64,000 nt of DNA from a marine group bacterium Sva0996 bin134 (GTDB lineage Bacteria > Actinomycetota > Acidimicrobiia > Acidimicrobiales > Bin134), in the NCBI GenBank assembly GCA_002239105.1, contig MPNQ01000017.1, positions 378 through 64,377 on the forward strand, written 5' to 3'. A program made the position numbers and the translations under genes. Below the pieces are notes generated by a model that did no database searches, was not told the DNA's origin, and saw only the letters and a program-made list of their open reading frames with translations. Positions 1 through 7,165 of the stretch are shown one piece after another; the first letter of the stretch is position 1, and each line of letters starts with the position of its first letter.

Positions 1-1
1 T

Positions 2-643
2 CCCGACGGCGCCTCGTCCACCCCGCACCGCCACTGCCTCTTCCGCGACGTCAACGGCGACGGCGACACCGACGACACCGTCGACAACGACGGGACCTGC
101 GCCCCGGGCGACAGCCACGAGAAGCTGACCTGCCCCAAAGACGTCAACGGCGACGGCGACACAGCAGACCCCGGCGAGCACACCGGCGGGACCTGCCCCG
201 CCCTGGCCTGGCACCCGACCCTGCCCGACGCCGGCGACCCCTGGTGGCGAACCGCCGCACAGGAGAACCTCATCACCACAGCGGTGGAGACCGGATTCAC
301 CACAGGCTTCGGCAGAGTTGCCGGCAGCAAGTGGGCGGCGAGGTTCCTGTCTGCCTCAGCCGCGGCCAGATACGGCAGGTTCGCCGGCGGGATGGGCGCG
401 GTAGCGGGGTTCGGGGCGGGCATGCTGTACGCGTGGTGGAGACAAGGAGACCCCAAGCCGACCATCCCCATAGCCGGAGTCAACGGCTGCTTGGACCCCG
501 ACGACACCAACTGGTCCACGAAGTGGACGGCCGACAGATGGCAGGAGAAGAACTTCACCCACACCACCACCAAGCAGGCCCACGGATACCAAACCCGATA
601 CGATCACCACATCGCCTACTGCGAGAAAAGGCAAACACCGTGA
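2..643 (+). CDS. C-terminal part of a surface/secreted protein (5' end outside window). It has Cys-flanked DVNGDGD calcium-binding-type repeats followed by a Gly-rich hydrophobic segment and an unassigned ~70-aa tail.
   Basis: Frame 2 is open from the window edge to TGA 641-643, with GC-rich third positions. DVNGDGDT is encoded twice (47-70 and 140-163), each followed by GTC(A)P, resembling thrombospondin-type-3/dockerin Ca loops. A hydrophobic stretch reads FAGGMGAVAGFGAGMLYAWW. The listed ORF 284..643 is the tail of this frame. Confidence 0.6.
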   Translation, partial: PDGASSTPHRHCLFRDVNGDGDTDDTVDNDGTCAPGDSHEKLTCPKDVNGDGDTADPGEHTGGTCPALAWHPTLPDAGDPWWRTAAQENLITTAVETGFTTGFGRVAGSKWAARFLSASAAARYGRFAGGMGAVAGFGAGMLYAWWRQGDPKPTIPIAGVNGCLDPDDTNWSTKWTADRWQEKNFTHTTTKQAHGYQTRYDHHIAYCEKRQTP

Positions 644-1029
644 GCCTCCAGCCGCCCGACGAAGTCAACGCACAACCGGCCAAGACACGCCGCCAAAAAC
701 GCCACGAAAAGCGCCAAGACTTCTTCGACGACAACATCTGGGTTTTTTTCCTGATAGTTGTGCTGACAGCGCTGCTTGGCTCTTCAGTTATTCTCGCAAC
801 TCGCCATTTCTTTGGACTAGGCGCAATGCTGGCTGTAGTGGTGCCCATGTGCGTATTCTTCTTGCTTCACAACCCGAATCGCGGTCCTTCCGCGCCTCAA
901 GACAGCACGTCCGCCCCGGGGGCCTCCGACCGCTGTCCGCTATGCGGCCGCTCCTACGATCCGGCAGACGAGCTGTGCACCGCCGGCGGCGCCCACCCGC
1001 CGTCAGGTCTCGAAACCCCACAGCCCTAG
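640..1029 (+). CDS. Small membrane protein (129 aa) with a basic N-terminus, two predicted TM helices and a C-terminal CPLCG...C motif.
   Basis: GTG at 640 overlaps the upstream TGA (641-643) as GTGA, which suggests translational coupling. It is in frame with listed ORF 244..1029. TM-like stretches are IWVFFLIVVLTALLGSSVILA and LGAMLAVVVPMCVFFLL. There is a local GC dip (about 48% over 721-840 by hand count). Confidence 0.5.
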   Translation: MSLQPPDEVNAQPAKTRRQKRHEKRQDFFDDNIWVFFLIVVLTALLGSSVILATRHFFGLGAMLAVVVPMCVFFLLHNPNRGPSAPQDSTSAPGASDRCPLCGRSYDPADELCTAGGAHPPSGLETPQP

Positions 1030-1112
1030 CCCGCCAGGCGGTCCCCTCCTGCAACAGCCACGGCGTGGTGAAGGCCAACTGGGACCCTGTGTAGGGTGCG
1101 AGTTCCTATCGG

Positions 1113-1547
1113 GTGGATTGGCGGCCCCAGCACGAGGTGGGAAGCGGCGAGATCCGTGCGACGTCCGAGGTTGACCCCAGCTGGCAGGAAGACGAGGGTG
1201 GCATCTACCAGCTCGCAGTGTCCGCCTACGCAGACTCCAGCAGCAGGTGGTCGGATTACTCGGACCCGGTCACCGTCACCTGCGGCGAGGTGGTGCTTCC
1301 GGGCTCGTGGCTGTCGCCCAACACTCCCGTTTGCGACCCCGAGGACGCACGCTCCAGCATCTACTTCAACGAGCTCATCACCCGCTTCTGCCCCGTCACC
1401 GTGACGGGGGACGCGACTGTGAGAACCTGCACCGAGGTATGGAATGAGGCAGTGCTCATCTCACTGAGTGGCCAGAGCTGGTGGAAAGACATGCCCCTGG
1501 CGAAATGGAGCAGCCTCTACGGCTCAGAACTAGCCCCGAGCAGATAG
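1113..1547 (+). CDS. Hypothetical protein (144 aa), Cys-containing, no signal peptide seen; possibly a fragment.
   Basis: This is the listed ORF. Third-position GC is consistent with coding. The N-terminal part (IYQLAVSAYADSSSRWSDYSDPVTVTC) looks like the end of an FN3/Ig-like domain. The frame is closed by TAG just upstream, so it may be a remnant. Confidence 0.35.
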   Translation: MDWRPQHEVGSGEIRATSEVDPSWQEDEGGIYQLAVSAYADSSSRWSDYSDPVTVTCGEVVLPGSWLSPNTPVCDPEDARSSIYFNELITRFCPVTVTGDATVRTCTEVWNEAVLISLSGQSWWKDMPLAKWSSLYGSELAPSR

Positions 1548-1599
1548 GCAGTTGCAGGGAGGCTCTGCCGGATTTCGGGTGGGGATCTGCTTTGCCAGG

Positions 1600-1712
1600 T
1601 GCTCTTCGGCTCGTCGGGGGTTTGGGCAAGGCACCGCGGGCCCGTTGGGGGACGGCGGTGCGGGCGGTGATGAGCCAGCGGTCGTCGCTGTAGGGCAAGC
1701 CCAAGGTCTTGG
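1600..1712 (-). pseudogene. Fragment resembling the 3' end of a SnoaL-like (NTF2-fold) gene.
   Basis: The minus-strand translation LGLPYSDDRWLITARTAVPQRARGALPKPP matches LGLHYCDD...DDSWLITSRTARPQWTRGAFPDPP of the intact gene at 2287-2775. At nucleotide level 1621-1690 vs 2341-2410 match at 57/70 positions in fixed register (offset 720 nt). There is no start codon or N-terminal domain. Confidence 0.5.
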
Positions 1713-1738
1713 AGCTGTTGCGGACGAAGTCGCGAAGG

Positions 1739-1744
1739 TATACT
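1739..1744 (+). promoter_or_regulatory. Candidate -10 box TATACT, 7 nt upstream of the antitoxin ATG (leaderless-type geometry).
   Basis: The sequence GGTATACTTCATGGTATG is conserved with the second cassette copy (GGTATACTTCCAAGTATG). Similarity between the two copies starts here. Confidence 0.35.
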
Positions 1745-1751
1745 TCATGGT

Positions 1752-1973
1752 ATGCCTGATACGACTACCATCAAGGTTTCGGTTCGGACCCGGGATGCGC
1801 TGCGTCAGCTTGCGGATCGTGAGGGGCTCACATTCGATGCGCAGCTCGAGAAGATGATCCGGCGGGAACGTCGTCGCATCATTGGGGCCCAGTTGGCAAG
1901 CGCCCCACTCGGTGTTGACGACGAGGCCGTGCTCGATGCGTCTGCGAGCGATGTCGCCGATGCGAGCGGGTGA
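1752..1973 (+). CDS. Ribbon-helix-helix type antitoxin of a MazF/PemK toxin-antitoxin pair (copy 1).
   Basis: The 73-aa ORF has an N-terminal beta-strand/helix pattern (TIKVSVRTRDALRQLADREGLT) and an acidic C-terminal tail. It overlaps the downstream toxin gene by 14 nt. Confidence 0.8.
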   Translation: MPDTTTIKVSVRTRDALRQLADREGLTFDAQLEKMIRRERRRIIGAQLASAPLGVDDEAVLDASASDVADASG

Positions 1974-2274
1974 CGTCGTCCGCTGCGACTTCGGGGCGCC
2001 GATGGGAGGTGAGCCGGGGTTCATCCGACCGGCGATCGTCATAACCTCCGACGACGTGCTCGACTTCCGGCAGCACGCGATCGCAGTCGTGCCCTGCACG
2101 ACCAAGAAGCGGGGATGGTTGAGCGAGGTTGATGTCACGGGATTCGGCGTCGCCCAAGCTCATCTCCCGACCACCATCAGCGTCGACCGCGTCGTCGAGA
2201 CGACGAACACGAACATAGGAGCCGTCGCGCTGCAACAGATCCGAGAACTCATTGCAGATCTGCTCGGGCTCTGA
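1960..2274 (+). CDS. mazF: PemK/MazF-family endoribonuclease toxin (copy 1, 104 aa).
   Basis: MRAGDVVRCDF...GFIRPAIVITSDDVL...AIAVVPCTT shows the characteristic MazF/PemK SH3-like N-terminal motifs. The ATG at 1960 was chosen inside listed ORF 1882..2274 and gives the same length as copy 2. Confidence 0.85.
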   Translation: MRAGDVVRCDFGAPMGGEPGFIRPAIVITSDDVLDFRQHAIAVVPCTTKKRGWLSEVDVTGFGVAQAHLPTTISVDRVVETTNTNIGAVALQQIRELIADLLGL

Positions 2275-2286
2275 CCCGCTGGTCGA

Positions 2287-2775
2287 TCAGACGTGGCGTA
2301 TGTCCACGTCGTGCCAGTCGCTGCGCAGTTCTTCGGGTGGGTCGGGGAAGGCGCCGCGGGTCCATTGGGGTCGGGCGGTGCGGGAGGTGATGAGCCAGCT
2401 GTCGTCGAAGCGGGCCACGTCGTCGCAGTAGTGCAGGCCCAAGATGAGGTCGTCTACGCCCGAGTCCTCAGGGCGCATGTGGTAGGCCACCGCCCAAGTC
2501 TCGATGTGGCCCTCGTCGGCGCCTTCTTCCAATTCCACGTACTGGTTGCCCATGAAGTGCAGCGTGGCCTCGAACTTGTGCAGCTCTTTCTCGGTCCAGT
2601 CCAAGTAGGGGTCGAGGGGTCCGGAGATGACCGTCCCGTAGATCTGGCAGTCGGGGTGAAAACTAGACCGCACCAGGTCGAAATCGATTAGATCGATTCC
2701 CCGGGCGTACCGCTGGGGAACCTCTTTGATCAGCTCCCGATCCTTCAGCCAGCGCACTGTGGTTTCGACGTTCAT
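2287..2775 (-). CDS. SnoaL-like / NTF2-fold domain protein (162 aa).
   Basis: ATG at 2775 is preceded by GGAGGCGAG. Sequence reads MNVETTVRWLKDRELIKEVPQRYARGIDLIDFDLVRSSFHPDC...HFMGN. The remainder of listed ORF 2287..4008 is an antisense shadow of the ligase gene. Confidence 0.7.
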   Translation of the reverse strand: MNVETTVRWLKDRELIKEVPQRYARGIDLIDFDLVRSSFHPDCQIYGTVISGPLDPYLDWTEKELHKFEATLHFMGNQYVELEEGADEGHIETWAVAYHMRPEDSGVDDLILGLHYCDDVARFDDSWLITSRTARPQWTRGAFPDPPEELRSDWHDVDIRHV

Positions 2776-2829
2776 CTCGCCTCCTTCGACCCGCTCCGGC
2801 ACACTCGGTCTCGCGCTACGGTTGCCCTC

Positions 2830-4398
2830 ATGAAAGAGCTGATCTATCACCGGCTGTTCTACCCGGCAGTGGAGCGGTACGCCAACAAAGAGGCCATCGT
2901 CGACGGTGCGTACCGGGCAGACTTTGCTGCCCACGGGGAGCGGGTCACCAAGCTGGCCAACGCCCTGGGGAGCGAGCTGGGGGTCAACAAGGGCGATCGG
3001 GTGGCCATTATGGCCCTGAACAGCGCTTCCTATCTGGAGCTCTACCACGCCTGCTATCTGGGTGCCGGTGTCATCAACCCCCTCAACCTGCGCCTGGCCG
3101 GTCCCGAACTGGACTACATCGTGCGGGACTCGGGCACCGAGGTGGCCTTCGTGGATGGCTTCTTCGCCGAGGCCTTCGTCAAGGCCATGGAGGCCGCGGG
3201 CGACAGCCCCATCCGCAAGGTGGTGCTCATCGGATCGGGCGATGTGCCCCACGATGTGGCCTACGAGGATTTGGTGGCCGCGGGCGACAACACCACGCCG
3301 CCGGAGCCCGAGGAAGAAGACCCGGTGGTGCTCATGTACACCGGGGGCACCACCGGCCTGCCCAAAGGGGTGCTGCTCCAGCAGCGGGCCGAGATGCTCA
3401 ACGTGTACCACGTGGCCATCGGGTTGGGCGGCACGAGAGACGACGATGTGTTCTTGAGCCAGACGCCGCTGTTCCACGCCGCTTCCATGGCCAGTCTGCT
3501 GGTGATTCCGGCCTCCGGTTCCAAGATGGTGACCATTCCGGCATTCGACCCTGGCGGGGTGATGAACCTCATCGAGGCCGAGGGCATCACCCAGACGGTG
3601 ATGGTGCCCACCATGATCGGCATGTGCCTCCAGCATCCCGACTACCGGCCTGAGCGGCTGGCGTCGCTGCGAGAGCTGGTCTACGGCGCGTCGCCGATGC
3701 CGGAGGCCGTCTTGGGCCATCTGCTGGAGCATTTGCCGAGCGTGAACTTGATCCAGGGCTACGGCATGACCGAGTGCTCGTCGGTGCTCACCCTTCTGTC
3801 GGCTGAAGACCATGTGGCTGGCAGTTCCCGGCTGCGGTCGGTGGGCCAACCGGTTATCGGGGTGAACCTGTGCATCCAAGACGAGGACGGCAACGTGCTG
3901 CCCACCGGCGAGATCGGCGAGGTGTGCGCCCAGGGCGGCAACTACATGCGGGAGTACTGGAACAAGCCCGAGGCCACCGCCGAGGTGTTCCAGGGCGGCT
4001 GGTACCACACCGGCGACGCCGGATACCTCGACGACGGCGGCTACCTGTTCCTGGTGGACCGGGTGAAGGACATGATCGTGTCCGGGGGTGAGAACGTGTA
4101 TTCCTCAGAGGTGGAAAGCGCCATCTCCACCCATCCGGGCGTCGCCCAGGTGGCGGTGATCGGCATCCCCGACCCGGTTTGGGGGGAAGCGGTCCATGCC
4201 GTGGTGGTCCCCGCGCCGGGCAGCGAGCTGACCGAAGAAGAGGTCTGCGAGCACGCCCGCCAGTCCATTGCCGGCTACAAGGTGCCCAAGTCGGTGGAGT
4301 TCCGGGCGGAGCCGCTGCCCCTGTCAGGGGCCATGAAGGTGCTCAAGCGGGAATTGCGGGCCCCCTACTGGGAGGGCCAGGACAAAAACGTCGGGTAA
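2830..4398 (+). CDS. AMP-dependent acyl-CoA synthetase/ligase (FadD-like).
   Basis: Carries the AMP-binding motifs LMYTGGTTGLPKGV, YGMTE and GWYHTGDAGYLDDGGYLFLVDRVKDMIVSGGENVY. Confidence 0.9.
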   Translation: MKELIYHRLFYPAVERYANKEAIVDGAYRADFAAHGERVTKLANALGSELGVNKGDRVAIMALNSASYLELYHACYLGAGVINPLNLRLAGPELDYIVRDSGTEVAFVDGFFAEAFVKAMEAAGDSPIRKVVLIGSGDVPHDVAYEDLVAAGDNTTPPEPEEEDPVVLMYTGGTTGLPKGVLLQQRAEMLNVYHVAIGLGGTRDDDVFLSQTPLFHAASMASLLVIPASGSKMVTIPAFDPGGVMNLIEAEGITQTVMVPTMIGMCLQHPDYRPERLASLRELVYGASPMPEAVLGHLLEHLPSVNLIQGYGMTECSSVLTLLSAEDHVAGSSRLRSVGQPVIGVNLCIQDEDGNVLPTGEIGEVCAQGGNYMREYWNKPEATAEVFQGGWYHTGDAGYLDDGGYLFLVDRVKDMIVSGGENVYSSEVESAISTHPGVAQVAVIGIPDPVWGEAVHAVVVPAPGSELTEEEVCEHARQSIAGYKVPKSVEFRAEPLPLSGAMKVLKRELRAPYWEGQDKNVG

Positions 4399-4461
4399 GC
4401 ACCGAGGAGATTCACCAGGCCCGCGCCTAATTCACTAGAGGCGGTCGGTAGGCTGCCGGTC

Positions 4462-5145
4462 ATGCAGGTAGATATACGTCATGCCCCCAGCTTTGCGGTC
4501 GCCCGGTGCACCCTGGGCGGGGGCGAGCAAGTCAAAGTCGAAGCCGGCGCCATGTCGGCCCATTCCACCGGGATGTCGCTGGAAGCCAAGGTGGAGGGCG
4601 GCATGCTCAAGGGCCTCAAGCGGAGCGTTCTGGGCGGCGAGTCGCTGTTCGTGTCCACCTACACCGCCCCGGCTCAGGGCGGCTGGGTAGACGTAGCCGC
4701 CAAGCTGCCCGGCGACCTTCGGGTGATCGAGTTGGACGGCTCGCAGTCTTGGATCATCGAGCGGGGCAACTGGCTGGCCTCCGACGCCTCGGTGGTGATG
4801 GACACCAAGTGGGGCGGCTTCAAGTCGTTGGTCGGCGGCGAGGGCGGGTTCATGGCCCACGCCGAGGGCACCGGCAATGTGGTGGTGGCCTCCTACGGGG
4901 CTATCGACGTGATCTCGCTGGCCGCGGGCGAGACGGTGGTGGTGGACACCAGCCACATGCTGGCCTTCCCCGACACCGTCAGCTACGAGTTGCGCCGGGC
5001 AGTGGAGGGCCGCTCGATCCAGTCGATGAAGTCGGGCGAGGGCTTCGTGTTCCACTTCGCCGGCCCGGGCGACATCTTGACCCAGACCCGCAACCAGGCA
5101 CAGCTCATAGCCTGGATCAACACCGAGATCGGATCCCGCGAGTAG
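4462..5145 (+). CDS. AIM24 / TIGR00266 (DUF124) family protein.
   Basis: The 227-aa ORF carries GGESLF, GEGGFMAHAEGTGNVVVASYGAI and GEGFVFHFAGPGDI, typical repeats of this family. Confidence 0.75.
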   Translation: MQVDIRHAPSFAVARCTLGGGEQVKVEAGAMSAHSTGMSLEAKVEGGMLKGLKRSVLGGESLFVSTYTAPAQGGWVDVAAKLPGDLRVIELDGSQSWIIERGNWLASDASVVMDTKWGGFKSLVGGEGGFMAHAEGTGNVVVASYGAIDVISLAAGETVVVDTSHMLAFPDTVSYELRRAVEGRSIQSMKSGEGFVFHFAGPGDILTQTRNQAQLIAWINTEIGSRE

Positions 5146-5163
5146 CGCTGCGGCCCAGCCCTG

Positions 5164-6144
5164 CTACCGCAGACAGCAGTAAGCGGGACAGGAAATCGGT
5201 GGGGCGGCTAGCACGAGATCGGCGATCATCTTGACGAACGAGGGGTGGGTGCCGACGGTGGGCACCCGGGTGAATCGCAGTCCCAGCATGTCGGCACGCT
5301 GGCGGGCCTCGGTGTCGAGGTCGTAGACCACCTCCATGTGGTCGGCCACAAAGCCGATGGGCACCACGGTCACTGCCTCGGCCCCATCGGCAGCCACCCG
5401 GTCCAACTCGTCGCCGATGTCGGGTTCCAGCCACGGGACGTGGGGAGGGCCGCTGCGGCTTTGATAGACCAGCGACCATTCGCCCGCTCCTGAGCTGGCA
5501 GCCACCCGGCGGCAGGCCTCGGTGAGCTGGGCGACATAGGGGGCGGTGGACGCCATGGAGTTGGGAATGCTGTGGGCGGTGAACACCACCGGGGCGGTCG
5601 GCTCAGATCGCCGGGCGACAGCCAGGTTGTCGGCCATGGCCGACAAGAAGCCCACTTGGTCCCAGAACGGGGGCAGCTTGTCGATGACGGGTGCGTCGGG
5701 GCCGACCGCGGCCCGAGCCTGTTCGATGTCCTCGGCGTACTGGCGACAGCCTGAGTAGGAGCCGAAGGCCGAGGTGGCGAACGCCCGCGCCCGGGAGATG
5801 CCGTCGTCGCGCATCTGAGCCACCGTATCGGCCAGCATGGGTGACCAATTCCGATTGCCCCAGTACACGGGGACCTCCACCCCGCGTCCAGCCAGTTCTT
5901 CGACCAGGGCGGCGATGAGGTCGCGGTTGCACTGGTTGATGGGGCTGACGCCGCCGAACAGGTGGTAGTGCTCGGCCACCGCGGCCAAGCGGTCGTCGCT
6001 GATGTTCCGGCCCCGGGTGACGTTGCGCAAAAACGGCATTACGTCGTCGGGACCCTCCGGCCCGCCGAAAGACACCACAACGATTGCGTCGACCAGAGGA
6101 GGCATTCCGGGTGGGGCAGGGTCGGTTGATGGGGCAGTGGGCAT
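5164..6144 (-). CDS. hemH: Ferrochelatase (coproporphyrin-type in Actinobacteria), with a Cys-rich C-terminus.
   Basis: VVVSFGGPEGPDDVMPFLRNVTRGRNI...LFGGVSPIN...HSIP...VVPIGFVADHMEV, and a C-terminal CPAYCC cluster. Confidence 0.9.
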   Translation of the reverse strand: MPTAPSTDPAPPGMPPLVDAIVVVSFGGPEGPDDVMPFLRNVTRGRNISDDRLAAVAEHYHLFGGVSPINQCNRDLIAALVEELAGRGVEVPVYWGNRNWSPMLADTVAQMRDDGISRARAFATSAFGSYSGCRQYAEDIEQARAAVGPDAPVIDKLPPFWDQVGFLSAMADNLAVARRSEPTAPVVFTAHSIPNSMASTAPYVAQLTEACRRVAASSGAGEWSLVYQSRSGPPHVPWLEPDIGDELDRVAADGAEAVTVVPIGFVADHMEVVYDLDTEARQRADMLGLRFTRVPTVGTHPSFVKMIADLVLAAPPISCPAYCCLR

Positions 6145-6238
6145 GGTCGGTAGGCTTTTGCGACGGGTAGGGGGTTTTGCCGCCCAAGGGAATAGTGCGG
6201 TAAACCCGTTTCGAGGGTAGCCGAACTGGGGAGAGAGT

Positions 6239-7141
6239 TTGCGGGCTCAAGAACGCAGACGCATGACGGTTCTATTCGTCGCGGTGGCCGCCACCCTGGC
6301 GGCCACCGGGGGAGTCGCGTTCGGACAGTCCGATAGCGGCGAAGAAGCCGCGCAGCCGGTCGCGGTTGAGTCGGCGGTGCCGGCGTGGCGTGATCTGGAC
6401 CGGGCCCAAAAGGACTTGGAGTTGGCCCATGCGGCCCGCGATTCGGTGCAGATGGCCATGGACCGAACGGTGGATGAGTTGCACCTCGAACTGTCCCGGC
6501 TGGACCAGTTCAACGATGTGGATATCGGAAAGCAGCTACTGATAGACGAGGCTGAGGAACTGGTGGTGCAGGAGTACATATCAGGGGGCGATGTTGAGGA
6601 TTTGGTCTTCATTCTGGGGGTCTCGGAAGCCACTGATGCCATCTGGCGGAAGGCCCTGCTGTCGGAGTTGTCCGAGGTATATGACGAGGCCTTGAAGGCC
6701 GTGGACGACGTTCCCGGAGAGCGGGAGCGGACCAAGGCCCGTATCAAGCGGCTTGACGACGCCATCCCGTATCTGAACAGCCGGCTGATCGACGCGGGGG
6801 AAGCGGTGGAAGCGGCCGAGTGGGTGGTTTATATCGCGGAGATCAACGATCTGGCCGACCGCGAGCTGGCCAAGTACGGATTTATCGAGCCCACCGAACA
6901 GCATTGGCAGAACCTTCGTTGGTGTGAGTCCCGCAACCGCTACACCATCGAGAGCGCCAACGGCCTGTTCTATGGGGCCTACCAGTTCGAGCCTCGAACG
7001 TGGAGGACCGTCGGCGGCACCGGCAACCCGGCTCACGCCCCGCCCGAAGAGCAAGATGCCCGTGCCCGACTGCTCTACTCCCGTAGGGGAGACCAGCCAT
7101 GGCCCCGGGACTACTGCGGTCGGTGGCTCCCCGCGAACTAG
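6239..7141 (+). CDS. Secreted coiled-coil protein with a C-terminal Rpf/transglycosylase-like domain.
   Basis: Signal-like MTVLFVAVAATLAATGGVAFGQ (the ATG at 6263 may be the true start; 6239 is TTG). The C-terminus reads WQNLRWCESRNRYTIESANGLFYGAYQFEPRTWRTVGG. Confidence 0.8.
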   Translation: MRAQERRRMTVLFVAVAATLAATGGVAFGQSDSGEEAAQPVAVESAVPAWRDLDRAQKDLELAHAARDSVQMAMDRTVDELHLELSRLDQFNDVDIGKQLLIDEAEELVVQEYISGGDVEDLVFILGVSEATDAIWRKALLSELSEVYDEALKAVDDVPGERERTKARIKRLDDAIPYLNSRLIDAGEAVEAAEWVVYIAEINDLADRELAKYGFIEPTEQHWQNLRWCESRNRYTIESANGLFYGAYQFEPRTWRTVGGTGNPAHAPPEEQDARARLLYSRRGDQPWPRDYCGRWLPAN

Positions 7142-7165
7142 CCCGGCCGCTAAGTTCTTGAGCCG

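Noticed and set aside
2776-4008. Long minus-strand ORF continuing upstream of the SnoaL-like gene (part of listed 2287..4008, 573 aa).
   Set aside because: It is antisense to a textbook acyl-CoA ligase. The translation is H/G/R/A-rich with no motifs. A good ATG plus Shine-Dalgarno at 2775 gives a complete 162-aa NTF2-fold protein.
6145-6262. Possible c-di-AMP (ydaO-type) riboswitch upstream of the Rpf-like gene. Such riboswitches are known upstream of actinobacterial rpf genes, and the gap contains ACGGGTAGGGGG…AAACCCGT…CCGAACTGGGGAG.
   Set aside because: The gap is only 118 nt and must also hold two divergent promoters. I cannot reproduce the two-fold pseudo-symmetric ydaO architecture by eye. 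Running cmsearch with RF00379 would settle it.
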